Source of the DNA: Sandaracinus sp.
Lineage (GTDB): Bacteria; Myxococcota_A; Polyangia; Polyangiales; Sandaracinaceae
DNA length: 64,000 nt
Assembly (NCBI GenBank): GCA_046351235.1
Contig: JAXLYV010000014.1
Location: 2,453-66,452, forward strand
Direction: 5' to 3'
Shown here: positions 1 to 9,405 of the stretch, piece by piece
Layout of the letters: each line of letters opens with the position of its first letter
How positions within the stretch are numbered: the stretch's first letter is position 1
Notes under the pieces: model-generated
The model's input: only the letters and a program-made list of their open reading frames with translations
The model's database searches: none
Told to the model about the DNA's origin: nothing
Position numbers and translations under genes: made by a program

Positions 1-188
1 CCTCTCCGCGATGGCGCGCCTGAGCGGAGAGCGCTGAACCGCCGACACGCCTTTCCTTCCGCTCGAGCTCCCGCGCGACTGCGCCGGACCGGCCTGGCTC
101 GTCCCTCGTTTCGGGCGGCGATGCGCCAAAGCGTCGCGATCCACGGTGTCCCGCAACCCCGACGCGCGATGAAGGCTACCCTTCCGCG

Positions 189-2012
189 ATGCGCGCCTCT
201 TGCGGTCTCTGCCTCGTGGCTCTCGTCCTCTCGTCGTGCAGCGGAAGTGGGGGTGGCGGCGTCGACGCCAGCATCGATGCGCGGGGCGCCGACGCGCCTG
301 CGCTCGATGCACCGCGCCCGGACGCGCCCCTACCGACCACGTGCGATGGCGTGACGTGCTCGGGTCACGGCACCTGCATGGAGGGCCCGGTGCGTTGCGT
401 CTGCGACGCGGGGTACGTCGCCTCGGGGCTGAGCTGTGTGATGGAGGTCGTCCCCAGCACGGGCGAGCTCTTCGTCGATCTCCCCGACACGGGCTTCGTC
501 ACCGTCACGCTGCAGCCCACCGACGCGGCCACGACGGGCATGCAGGTGGTCTCGTTCGGTGTGCCGTTCCCGCGCGGGACCGTCGCGGACGTCGCGCAGA
601 TCCAGGTGACGGATGCGAGCGACCGCGAGCTCACGGCCCACGTGGAGGAGCTCGCCCGCTGGCGCTCCCTGACCGGCGCAGCGGGATTCCCGTCCAGCGT
701 GCGCGCAGCGCTCGTCCAGCTGGCCATCGACGTCGCGGGCGCGCCGATCACGCTGCGCGTTCACTGGGGCGTCGCTCCCGCGTCGAGCGCCGCGCGGATG
801 GGAGACCCCTGGGCGGGCTGGCAGCCGATCGGCGCGAGCGCGTTCTTCCCCGACGAGTATCCGGCGGCCGAGGACGTGCGCGAGCCCTCGGTCTACGCGA
901 CGTTCCCGCCGGACTGGCTGGGTGCGTGCATCCTCCGCACGCGCACCGAGCCGTTCGGAACCGACGCGGGGTGGGCGTTCTTCGACGACGCGATGCCCGA
1001 GTTCGCGCGCACGGGGGTGAACGACGTCGATCCGCGCGTGACCGATGCGAATCGAATCGACTATGCGGGGGACTTCGAGCCGTGGCTCTTCCAGCGCGCG
1101 CTGACGTTGTTCTCCGTCTATCTCCGGAGCGGCGACGTGGTCTGGCTGCGACACGCCCACCGGGCGGCGCAGTTCTACGCCGCGCACGTGACCGCGGCGG
1201 GCTACTTCGATCGCTCCGACGGGGATCTGAAGTACGCGTACGGCTCGGCGATGTTCCTCGACCTCATGCTGACCGGCGACACGCGCCACCTTCCGCGCAT
1301 CGAGGCGGTGGCGTCTGCCGGCGCCGACTGGAACGAGACCTACAGCGCCGGCACCGGGTTCTGGACGGAGCGTCACCAGACGTATGCGCTGCTCGCTGCG
1401 TTGGTCGCGTGGGAGGCGACCGGCGAGGCGGCCTACGGCACGCGCGCGACGGCCGTGGCTCGTGAGACGTTCCGCATGGCCCGCGAGCCGGTGAGTGGTT
1501 GGGCGCCCGAAGGCTGCGTGCTGCACACGCAGGACAGCCACGAAGGCGACGGCGTCACCGAGCCGATCTGCAGCCCGTGGATGAGCGCGCTCCTCGGCGA
1601 GGCGCTGTTCCGGTACTACGTGCACTCCGAGGACACGATGGCGCTCGAGTTCTTCGTGGGCATCGCGGACTTCATCCGCACGACGGGGAGCGCTTCCGAT
1701 GGTGCGGGCCTCTCGCCCTACTACCTGGTCTCGAGCCACCTCATGGACGAGCCCGACATCGAGCACAGCTGCGACGTCGCGGGCCTGGTGGCGCGCGGCG
1801 TGTGGTCCGCGCGCGCGCTGGGTCGCGACACGAGCGCGCTCACCACGACGGTGAACGGGCTGCTCACGAACTGCCGCGCGAACCTCGAGGACTGGCACCG
1901 TCCGGGAGGACCGGCCGCCGGGCTCTCGGAGTGGCGCCTGTCGCCCCCGCGCAAGCTGAACTGGTGGTTCGGCACGACGACGGACCTGCCGTGGCTCGTG
2001 GACGCCCCGTAG
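189..2012 (+). CDS. Secreted protein or lipoprotein with one EGF-like Cys module; function unknown
   Basis: 607-aa ORF. The N-terminus MRASCGLCLVALVLSSC looks like a lipoprotein signal. An EGF-like module follows (CDGVTCSGHGTCMEGPVRCVCDAGYVASGLSC). The remaining ~500 aa carry no motif I can name. Third codon positions are G/C-saturated in this frame. Confidence 0.7.
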   Translation: MRASCGLCLVALVLSSCSGSGGGGVDASIDARGADAPALDAPRPDAPLPTTCDGVTCSGHGTCMEGPVRCVCDAGYVASGLSCVMEVVPSTGELFVDLPDTGFVTVTLQPTDAATTGMQVVSFGVPFPRGTVADVAQIQVTDASDRELTAHVEELARWRSLTGAAGFPSSVRAALVQLAIDVAGAPITLRVHWGVAPASSAARMGDPWAGWQPIGASAFFPDEYPAAEDVREPSVYATFPPDWLGACILRTRTEPFGTDAGWAFFDDAMPEFARTGVNDVDPRVTDANRIDYAGDFEPWLFQRALTLFSVYLRSGDVVWLRHAHRAAQFYAAHVTAAGYFDRSDGDLKYAYGSAMFLDLMLTGDTRHLPRIEAVASAGADWNETYSAGTGFWTERHQTYALLAALVAWEATGEAAYGTRATAVARETFRMAREPVSGWAPEGCVLHTQDSHEGDGVTEPICSPWMSALLGEALFRYYVHSEDTMALEFFVGIADFIRTTGSASDGAGLSPYYLVSSHLMDEPDIEHSCDVAGLVARGVWSARALGRDTSALTTTVNGLLTNCRANLEDWHRPGGPAAGLSEWRLSPPRKLNWWFGTTTDLPWLVDAP

Positions 2013-2137
2013 CGTGACGGGCCTCCGTGGCTCGTCGCGCGAGGGGCTCGACGCGACGGCGTCGCTCTCGCGCCGCTCGGTGATCGGGATGGAAGAGGAG
2101 TGATGCGGGCGACGGCTCCGGGGGGCCGACCGGGCGC

Positions 2138-2401
2138 TCAGGCGCCGGATCGACCGGCGAACAGCGCCGACAGGCCCACGCGCCCGGAGACACCGAGCTT
2201 GCGGTAGATCGCACCGAGCTGATTGACGATGGTGGGGATCGAGGTGCCGCGCGCCGCCGCGATGGCCGCGTTGTCGAGGCCGCGCGCGGCGAGCGTGGCC
2301 ACCTCGCGCTCGGCCGGCGTGAGCTCGAGGGCGGCGCGCGGGTCGTCGAGCGGCACGCCGATCACGAGGTACTCGGCGCCGTCCACGTGGACGCGGTGCA
2401 T
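2138..2401 (-). CDS. Small LuxR-type HTH protein (87 aa)
   Basis: Only the C-terminal 87 aa of track ORF 2138..3859 look real: MHRVHVDGAEYLVIGVPL...LTPAEREVATLAARGLDNAAIAAARGTSIPTIVNQLGAIYRKLGV. This is a LuxR/GerE helix-turn-helix. The ATG is at 2401-2399. Confidence 0.7.
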   Translation of the reverse strand: MHRVHVDGAEYLVIGVPLDDPRAALELTPAEREVATLAARGLDNAAIAAARGTSIPTIVNQLGAIYRKLGVSGRVGLSALFAGRSGA

Positions 2402-2415
2402 GGACTTGCGGCCGC

Positions 2416-3432
2416 TCACGGGGCCTCTCGATCGGGATGGGCGCCCAGCGCGGCGGCGAGCTGGGCGAGGGCGGCGCGCGAGGGCAGGCCGAGGCGGCGC
2501 ACGATCTGATCGAGCGCGCGGCTGATGGCGCTCTCGCTGACGCCGAGGTGATAGGCGATGGCCTTGTTGGAGTGGCCCATCGCGACGTAGGCGGCGATGG
2601 CGCGCTGCGAGGCAGACAGCACGTCGGGCCCGGGCGCGGCGGGCTCGTTCTTGCGCAGGACGAAGTAGCGCTTCCGGTCGGTGTCGAAGGTGTCGACCAG
2701 CGACCAGCGGCCGGCGACGAGGGCGCGCCACGCGGCGACGAGGCGCGCGGGATCGCTCGTGCCGTGCCGCGCGGCGAGCACCTCGGCGGCGTCGCGGATC
2801 GTCTCGAGGTGGCTCTCGGCCTCGCTGCTCGCGTGCACGGCGCGTCGCGTGCGCGGATCGAGCACGGCGTCGGCCGCGTCGAGCGACGCCTCGGCCGGCA
2901 ACGCGCGCAGCCGCTCGCGCAAGCGCAGCGCCGCCGCGAGGTGCGAGGCGACGCGGTCCCACTTGCGCTGATCGGTCGCCGAGAAGTGGCCGGGCGCGCT
3001 CAGCCCGCCGATCAGCACGGCGCCGATGCCACTCGTATCCATCGAGATCAGGCCGATGCAGTCGGCGAGCGGGAAGCGGACGGGAAAGCTCGCGACACGC
3101 GCGAGGGCCTCGCCCTGCAAGCCGTACGTCGCGGTGGCCGTCGCGAGCGCGCTCGCGCGGTGGAGCATCACCTCCTGCGCGCGAGGCATCGGCAGATGGT
3201 GATGTCGGACGTCGCGATCGAGGTCCGCTCCCTCGGGGAGCTGGATCGCTGCGCAGGACCGATAGGCGCCTCGCGGCACGTCGACGATCCACCCGTGCAC
3301 GAAGCTGCCGTGATCGAGCACCGGCCGCGCGGCCTCGAGCACGCCGCGCAACCACGTCTCGTCGTCGGCGGCGAGCGAATAGCCGGCATCGGCGACCGCG
3401 ATCATCGCGGCCTCCGGCGCTTGCAGCCGCAT
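2416..3432 (-). CDS. LuxR-family transcriptional regulator with an unknown N-terminal domain
   Basis: The C-terminus carries a LuxR HTH: LSASQRAIAAYVAMGHSNKAIAYHLGVSESAISRALDQIVRRLGL. I placed the start at MRLQAPE (3432). Alternative in-frame starts are at 3510 and 3405. Confidence 0.75.
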   Translation of the reverse strand: MRLQAPEAAMIAVADAGYSLAADDETWLRGVLEAARPVLDHGSFVHGWIVDVPRGAYRSCAAIQLPEGADLDRDVRHHHLPMPRAQEVMLHRASALATATATYGLQGEALARVASFPVRFPLADCIGLISMDTSGIGAVLIGGLSAPGHFSATDQRKWDRVASHLAAALRLRERLRALPAEASLDAADAVLDPRTRRAVHASSEAESHLETIRDAAEVLAARHGTSDPARLVAAWRALVAGRWSLVDTFDTDRKRYFVLRKNEPAAPGPDVLSASQRAIAAYVAMGHSNKAIAYHLGVSESAISRALDQIVRRLGLPSRAALAQLAAALGAHPDREAP

Positions 3433-3560
3433 CCCCCGACGACCCACGCGCGCAGCGTACCGAAGCCACGCCGCCGACGCGATGGGGGCCGCCTCCGCGC
3501 AACCGATCACTATGGAGATGGGCGGGCGCCCGCGGGAAACCTCTCCCGGGGAGGCTCTCC

Positions 3561-6164
3561 ATGGCTTTCGCTTCGCGCCGCGCCGCGGCCCTCTGTGTGT
3601 CGTCTTTCGCTACGCTCGCCGCGACGCTGCTCTCGGGATGCGGTGGCGACACTTCCACGTCGGTCGACGACGACGCCGCTCTCGACGCGGCCTTCGATGC
3701 GAGCGCCGACGCGGCACGGCTCGACGGCGCGTCGGAAGACTCGGCGCGCACCGGCGGTGACGGCGGCTGCCCCGACGCCGACGGAGACGGTGCTCGGGCT
3801 GCGAGCTGCGGCGGGACCGACTGTGACGACGCCGATCCGGAGGCGTACCCCGGGCACATGGAGGTCTGCGACGCCGCGCACCGCGACGAGGACTGCGACC
3901 CATCGACCGTGGGCTTCCGTGACCAGGACTCGGACGGCTACTTGGACGCGGCCTGTTGCAACGGCGCGCTCTGCGGTGACGACTGCAACGACACCCGTCC
4001 CACGGCGCATCCCGGTGGAACCGAGGCTTGCGACTCCTTCGACAACGACTGCGATGCCGCGATCGACGAGGGCGTGCTCGAGACCTTCTATCCGGACACC
4101 GACGGCGACGGTTTCGGCAACGCGGCCGGCACCACCATCACCGGGTGCACCATTCCTCCGGGCTATTCGTCGCTCGCCGACGCGACCGACTGCGACGACA
4201 CCGTTCGCGGGGTCAACCCGAGCGCCATGGAGATCTGCGACGCTGCGATGGTCGACGAGAACTGTGACGGCGTGCACAACCCCGTGGCGCTGTGCGCGTG
4301 CAATGCCGGCGATCCGCCGCGTGCGTGCACGTTGCCGGGCATCTGCGCCAGCGGTCGCGAGATGTGCAGCGACGGCGCGTGGGGCATGTGCACGGTCATG
4401 CCACGCGGCGAGAGCTGCAACGGCCTCGACGACGACTGCGACAACGCGGTCGACGAGACGCTGACGATCGTCTGCTACGCCGACACCGACAACGACACGT
4501 ATCCGGATGGGCTCGGTGCGGCCCAGTCCACGCCGTGCCCCGACGCTTCGAGGACGAGCGTGGGAGGCTGCCCGTCGGGCACGACGAACCGCGTCCCCGA
4601 CGCGAGCAACGTGGACTGCGGCCCGAGCGACTCGACCGTGCATCCCCTCGCCGTCGAGATCTGCAACGACGTGGACGACGACTGCCAGGGTGGCATCGAC
4701 GAAGGCGTCTCGTCGCAGTGCTACGCGGACGTCGACAACGACACCTACTCTCCCGCAGGCGCGACCCCTTCGCGGCGCTGTCAGGATCCGTCCCGCGGCG
4801 CGGTCGGCTTCTGCCCGACGGGCTTCACGAATCTGGCGCCGGGCGGCCAGCCCGACTGCGACGACGCAGCGTTCGGTACGCACCCCGGCGCGCTCGAGCT
4901 CTGCGACGGAGCGAGCGCCGACGAGGACTGTGACGGCATGCACAACGAGGGCTGCAACTGCACCGTCACGGGCTCGCCGGTGAGCTGCCAGACGGCGCTC
5001 GGCGCGCAAGGGCGCTGCGCGTCGGGCACGACGACGTGCGTGGCGGGCATGTGGAGCGCGTGCTCCGTGCAGGCCGTGACGGAGACCTGCAACGGGATGG
5101 ATGACGACTGCAACGGCGCCGTCGACAACGGCGTGCTCGTCGCGTGCTGCGTCGATGCGGACAACGACGGCTCGGTCGTGACGCTGACGCCCGCGATGAG
5201 CGCGTGCAGCTGTCCTTCGGGCTACCGAGTGTGCCCGGCCGCTGGCACGCCGGTGGACTGCAACGACTCCTCGGCCGCGATCCACCCGGGCGCGACCGAG
5301 CTCTGCAATCGCGTGGACGACGACTGCTCGACCGGCGGCGGCGTCGTGAGCGCCGAGGACGCCGACCTCGACAACTACGCGAGCCCGTCGGCGGCCTGCA
5401 GCGGGGGCTTTCCGCGGACGGACTGCAACGACGCGGCGGCCGCCGTGCACCCGGGCGCGGCCGAGGTCTGCAACGGCGTCGACGACAACTGCGCGGCCGG
5501 GATCGACGAAGGCGTCACGACTCGCTACTACCGTGATGCCGACGTCGACAACTACGGTGCGGCCGCCACGTTCGTGGATGGGTGCACGCCGCCCGGCGGC
5601 TACGTCACGAACGCCAGCGACTGTGACGACACGCGCAGTGACGTGCGGCCCGGCGCGCCCGAGCTCTGCGACGGCGTGTGGAACAACTGCACGAACGGCA
5701 GCGGAGCGCGCTCGGCCGAGGATGCCGACGGCGATCACCATGCACCGACGTCGGGCGGCGCCGGGCTCTGCAGTGGAGGCTATCCGCGCGACGATTGCGC
5801 CGATCTGACGGCGACCGCGTATCTGGGCGCGACCGCGTACCGCGACGCGCCCTATTGCACGAACGGGCGCACGCCGATCTCGTGCACGTCGGGGCTCGGG
5901 ACGAGCCTCCAGTGTGGCACGACGTGCCTGCCACCCGGCTCCGCCGTCTACGCCACGTTCGACTACAACTGCATGAACGGCGAGGAGCCGGAGCCCGTCG
6001 CGACGAGCTGCACGGGCGGCTGCTTGGTCATGGGCAGCACCTGCCGCGACGGTCCGACGACGAGCGGCGTGATCTGCGGCGCGATGACCACGTACACGGA
6101 CTGCTCGTGCAGTGTCACCTGCAGCCTGGTCGGCCATCCGACGCGACCCCAGGCCTGCCGCTGA
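3561..6164 (+). CDS. Large lipoprotein built from MopE-type 'putative metal-binding' Cys/Asp repeats
   Basis: Lipoprotein signal MAFASRRAAALCVSSFATLAATLLSGC. At least eight repeats of the pattern DCDD-x-D-x3-PG-x-E-x-C-(D/N)-x-DDDC-(D/N/Q)G, for example DCDDADPEAYPGHMEVCD, CNDVDDDCQGGIDEG, CNGVDDNCAAGIDEG. They alternate with D-x-D-x-D-G/Y calcium-type motifs (YPDTDGDGFG, YADTDNDTYP). Confidence 0.85.
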   Translation: MAFASRRAAALCVSSFATLAATLLSGCGGDTSTSVDDDAALDAAFDASADAARLDGASEDSARTGGDGGCPDADGDGARAASCGGTDCDDADPEAYPGHMEVCDAAHRDEDCDPSTVGFRDQDSDGYLDAACCNGALCGDDCNDTRPTAHPGGTEACDSFDNDCDAAIDEGVLETFYPDTDGDGFGNAAGTTITGCTIPPGYSSLADATDCDDTVRGVNPSAMEICDAAMVDENCDGVHNPVALCACNAGDPPRACTLPGICASGREMCSDGAWGMCTVMPRGESCNGLDDDCDNAVDETLTIVCYADTDNDTYPDGLGAAQSTPCPDASRTSVGGCPSGTTNRVPDASNVDCGPSDSTVHPLAVEICNDVDDDCQGGIDEGVSSQCYADVDNDTYSPAGATPSRRCQDPSRGAVGFCPTGFTNLAPGGQPDCDDAAFGTHPGALELCDGASADEDCDGMHNEGCNCTVTGSPVSCQTALGAQGRCASGTTTCVAGMWSACSVQAVTETCNGMDDDCNGAVDNGVLVACCVDADNDGSVVTLTPAMSACSCPSGYRVCPAAGTPVDCNDSSAAIHPGATELCNRVDDDCSTGGGVVSAEDADLDNYASPSAACSGGFPRTDCNDAAAAVHPGAAEVCNGVDDNCAAGIDEGVTTRYYRDADVDNYGAAATFVDGCTPPGGYVTNASDCDDTRSDVRPGAPELCDGVWNNCTNGSGARSAEDADGDHHAPTSGGAGLCSGGYPRDDCADLTATAYLGATAYRDAPYCTNGRTPISCTSGLGTSLQCGTTCLPPGSAVYATFDYNCMNGEEPEPVATSCTGGCLVMGSTCRDGPTTSGVICGAMTTYTDCSCSVTCSLVGHPTRPQACR

Positions 6165-6207
6165 TCCACTGGCACGGCTCGCCGCGAGGACTATCTTCGC
6201 GCCCGCC

Positions 6208-6402
6208 GTGAGCAGCAATCGCGAGGTGCCGGCGCCGCCGGTCCACAAGTCCCCGGAAGAGCAGCGCGAGGATCGCTTCCGCGTGATGCTCGCGTTCGGC
6301 AGCGCGCTGATCCTCGTCTCGGCGCTCTCGTGCTGCTGCGTGGGGAGCGCGCTCGTCTCGAGCACCGACGACGGGCACCAGACCTCGCGCCGCCATCGGT
6401 GA
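6208..6402 (+). CDS. Possible small membrane protein (64 aa)
   Basis: The GTG at 6208 lies in the frame of track ORF 6112..6402. The product has one hydrophobic span (MLAFGSALILVSALSCCCVGSALV). Third codon positions are almost all G/C. I recognise no homology. Confidence 0.35.
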   Translation: MSSNREVPAPPVHKSPEEQREDRFRVMLAFGSALILVSALSCCCVGSALVSSTDDGHQTSRRHR

Positions 6403-6439
6403 GGTGAGCCTTCCGCGGCGGGTGTAGGCTCGCTGCGGG

Positions 6440-7288
6440 ATGCCGAACCTCCGCCTGAAGCAGAAGACCAACCTCTCGTCGTTCCGACGCATCGCGATCG
6501 GCACGTGGCGCACCGCCTACGACCCGACGGTCTACGGCACGCTCGCGCTCCGCGCCGACAAGGTGCTCGCGTACGTCGACGCCATCCGCCAGCGCACCGG
6601 CAAGCGCGTGACGCTCTCGCACCTGATGGCGAAGGCCGTCGCGATCACGCTCTCGGAGATGCCCGACGCGAACGCGATCCTGCGTCGCAACCGCATCTAC
6701 CTGCGAGAGGACATCGGCGTGTTCTTCCAGGTCGCGCTCGAAGACGACGAGACGGGTGAGATCGACCTGAGCGGCGCCACGATCTTCGATGCGCAGAAGA
6801 AGTCCTTGGCCGACATCGTCACCGAGTTCGAGGGCAAGGTCGGCGCGGTCAAGAAGAAGCAGGACAAGCAGCTCGAGGGCACGCGGAGTCTCTTCAAGCG
6901 CATCCCGTATCGCTTGCTCAACTGGGTGCTCGACGTGATGGGCTATCTCAGCTTCGAGCTGAACCTCGATCTGCGTTGGGCGGGGATTCCGTCCGATCCT
7001 TTCGGCTCGGCGATGGTGACGAACATCGGCTCCCTCGGCCTCGAGGAGGCCTACGTGCCGCTCGTGCCGTACAGCCACGTGCCGCTCTTGATCGCGCTCG
7101 GCGCGGTGAAGGAAGAGCCGGTCGTGGAGGGCGGCGAGATCCGCGTCGGCAAGGTGCTGCGCGCCTTCGCGACCTTCGATCACCGCGTGCTCGACGGCAT
7201 GCACGCGGCGAAGATGAGCAAGACGCTCAAGCGGATCTTCGACGACCCGGAGAAGGAGCTCGGCGCGCTGCCGCCTCCCTCGGCGTGA
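6440..7288 (+). CDS. 2-oxoacid dehydrogenase acyltransferase (E2) catalytic-domain protein, stand-alone
   Basis: 282 aa. The C-terminal active-site motif FDHRVLDG is the DHRxxDG motif of the E2/CAT-like fold. There is no lipoyl or subunit-binding domain. Confidence 0.85.
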   Translation: MPNLRLKQKTNLSSFRRIAIGTWRTAYDPTVYGTLALRADKVLAYVDAIRQRTGKRVTLSHLMAKAVAITLSEMPDANAILRRNRIYLREDIGVFFQVALEDDETGEIDLSGATIFDAQKKSLADIVTEFEGKVGAVKKKQDKQLEGTRSLFKRIPYRLLNWVLDVMGYLSFELNLDLRWAGIPSDPFGSAMVTNIGSLGLEEAYVPLVPYSHVPLLIALGAVKEEPVVEGGEIRVGKVLRAFATFDHRVLDGMHAAKMSKTLKRIFDDPEKELGALPPPSA

Positions 7289-7337
7289 GCGTCGGTCCGT
7301 CGGCTCGCCGCCAGAATCGGGGCTCCCATGCGACGTC

Positions 7338-8552
7338 TTGCCAACGACGCGTCGCGTCGTGGTACAAGCGATCGCGCCGTTGCTGACGCTGATTCGTAAC
7401 GCGGACGTCTTCTCGCCCGAGCCGATCGGGAGGCGCGACGTCCTCGTGTCTGCGGAGCGCGTCGTGGCGATCGAGCCCTCGATCGAAGCGCCGCGTGGGA
7501 TCGCGTGCGAGGTCGTCGATCTCGACGGGCGCGCGCTCGTGCCGGGCCTCGTGGACGCGCACGTGCACCTCGGCGGCGGTGGCGGCGAGTCGGGGTTCGC
7601 CTCGCGCGTGCCGGCGCTCCTTCTCTCGCAGATCGCCGGTGCGGGCGTGACGAGCGTCGTCGGGCTGCTCGGCACCGACACCACCACGCGCACGATCGAA
7701 GACCTCGTCGCGCGCGCCTACGCGCTCCGTGAAGAAGGCCTCTCGGCGTGGTGCTGGACGGGAGGCTACGCCGTGCCGCCGCGCACGCTGACGGGATCGG
7801 CGCGCGGCGACATCGTCTTCGTCGACCCGATCGTGGGCGTGGGCGAGACCGCGATCAGCGACCACCGCAGCTCGCAGCCGACCTTCGAGGAGCTCGTGAA
7901 GCTCGCCGCCGACTGTCACGTCGCGGGGCTCACCACCGGCAAGGCCGGCGTGCTGCACCTCCATCTCGGCGACGGCGCGCGCGGGCTCGCGCTCGTCGAG
8001 CGTGCGCTCACCGAGACGGAGCTGCCGGCGCGCACGTTCCATCCGACGCACGTGAACCGAAAGCCGGCGCTCTGGGACGAGGCGCGCGAGCTCGCGCGCG
8101 CGACGGGCCTCGTGGTCGACGTCACGGCCTTCCCCATCGAAGGCGACGACCCGGCGATCCCCGCCGAAGACGCGATCGAGAAGTGGCTCGACGACGGGCT
8201 TCCCCGCGCGCGCCTCACCCTCAGCTCCGACGGCGGCGGGTGCCTCCCGGTGTTCGACGGCGACGGCCGCATGATCTCGATGGACGTCGGGCGCCCCTCG
8301 ATGCTGATCGACACGCTGCGCGCGCTCGTGGGGCGCGGGCGTACGCTCGGCGATGTGCTGCCCTTCTTCACGTCGAACGTGGCCGCGCAGCTGCGCTTGC
8401 CGCGCAAGGGCACGGTCGCGGTGGGCGCCGACGCGGATCTGCTCGTGCTCGATCACGGCGCGCGCCTCGACGCGGTGATGGCGCGGGGTCGATGGATGAT
8501 GCGAGAAGGGCGCGCGACGGCGCGCGGCACCTTCGAGCGCGTGGGTGGGTGA
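7338..8552 (+). CDS. iadA: Isoaspartyl (beta-aspartyl) dipeptidase
   Basis: The product aligns by eye with E. coli IadA along its whole length. Examples: LVPGLVDAHVHLGGGGGE, GVTSVVGLLGTDTTTR, EEGLSAWCWTGGY, AISDHRSSQP, FHPTHVNR, LTLSSDGGG, GADADLLVL. Confidence 0.85.
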   Translation: MPTTRRVVVQAIAPLLTLIRNADVFSPEPIGRRDVLVSAERVVAIEPSIEAPRGIACEVVDLDGRALVPGLVDAHVHLGGGGGESGFASRVPALLLSQIAGAGVTSVVGLLGTDTTTRTIEDLVARAYALREEGLSAWCWTGGYAVPPRTLTGSARGDIVFVDPIVGVGETAISDHRSSQPTFEELVKLAADCHVAGLTTGKAGVLHLHLGDGARGLALVERALTETELPARTFHPTHVNRKPALWDEARELARATGLVVDVTAFPIEGDDPAIPAEDAIEKWLDDGLPRARLTLSSDGGGCLPVFDGDGRMISMDVGRPSMLIDTLRALVGRGRTLGDVLPFFTSNVAAQLRLPRKGTVAVGADADLLVLDHGARLDAVMARGRWMMREGRATARGTFERVGG

Positions 8553-8566
8553 GAGACGAAGACGGC

Positions 8567-9400
8567 ATGCCTGCAAGACCCGAGAACGACAAGAACCGTG
8601 GCTGGATCGTCCCCGTGGGTGGGGCCGAGGACAAAGGCAATCGCGCGGAGATCCTCCGCCGGTTCGTCTCGCTCGCCGGTGGCAGCACGGCGCGCATCGC
8701 GATCATCCCGACGGCGAGCCAGCTCGAGGACACGGGGCGTCGCTACGAGACGATCTTCAAGGAGCTCGGCGCGCGCGACGCGCAGGCGCTCGCGTACAAG
8801 ACGCGCGAGGACGCCGAGCGGAAGGACTGGATGGAGATGCTGGAGACGGCGACCGGCGTCTTCCTCACCGGCGGCAACCAGCTCCGCATCTCGACGGTCC
8901 TCGGCGGCACGATGGTCGCCACGATGATCCGCCGCATGAACGCGCGTGGCGTCCCGGTCGGAGGCACGAGCGCCGGCGCGGCGATCCTCAGCGAGCACAT
9001 GATCGCGTTCGGTGCCGAGGGCGCGACGCCGCGCGCCGGCATGGCGACGCTCGCGCCGGGCATGGGCCTGACGAACCGCGTCGTCATCGACCAGCACTTC
9101 CGGCAGCGCGACCGCATCGGGCGCCTGCTCACGGCGCTCTCCTACAACCCGTTCGCGGTGGGCCTCGGCCTCGACGAGGACACGGCCGCGTTCATCGACG
9201 CCGACGACGTCGTGCACGTGCTCGGCGCGGGCGCGATCACCGTCGTGGACGCCGCGCAGCTCGAGCACTCGTCGGTCGCGTCCGCCGAGGTCGGCGACGT
9301 GATCTGCATGACGGGCGTCCGCATCCACCTCTTGCCCAGTGGTGGGCGCTTCGATCTCCAGTCCCGCAAGGCGTTCCCTCCCCCGAGCCAGGAGAGCTGA
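8567..9400 (+). CDS. cphB: Cyanophycinase (S51 peptidase)
   Basis: The ATG at 8567 lies in the frame of track ORF 7748..9400. Motifs: IAIIPTAS, VFLTGGNQ, GTSAGAAILSEHMI (catalytic Ser context), VIDQHFRQRDRIGRL. Confidence 0.9.
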   Translation: MPARPENDKNRGWIVPVGGAEDKGNRAEILRRFVSLAGGSTARIAIIPTASQLEDTGRRYETIFKELGARDAQALAYKTREDAERKDWMEMLETATGVFLTGGNQLRISTVLGGTMVATMIRRMNARGVPVGGTSAGAAILSEHMIAFGAEGATPRAGMATLAPGMGLTNRVVIDQHFRQRDRIGRLLTALSYNPFAVGLGLDEDTAAFIDADDVVHVLGAGAITVVDAAQLEHSSVASAEVGDVICMTGVRIHLLPSGGRFDLQSRKAFPPPSQES

Positions 9401-9405
9401 TCCGA

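Noticed and set aside
121-354. 77-aa ORF overlapping the start of the first lipoprotein gene, and the possible 3' end of an upstream gene at 1-40.
   Set aside because: The ORF is out of frame with the well-supported 189..2012 gene and has no SD or motif. The first 40 nt are too short to call.
2138-3859. 573-aa ORF spanning both LuxR genes and part of the MopE gene on the opposite strand.
   Set aside because: Only the last 87 aa form a coherent LuxR HTH protein. The rest is Arg/Ala-rich nonsense overlapping the real 2416..3432 gene in another frame.
6169-6185. TGGCACGgctcgGCCGC just after the MopE gene, considered as a sigma-54 promoter for the small ORF or the E2-like gene.
   Set aside because: The GC dinucleotide is one position too close to the GG (positions 13-14 instead of 14-15), and there is no TGC. 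Sigma-54 spacing is strict.
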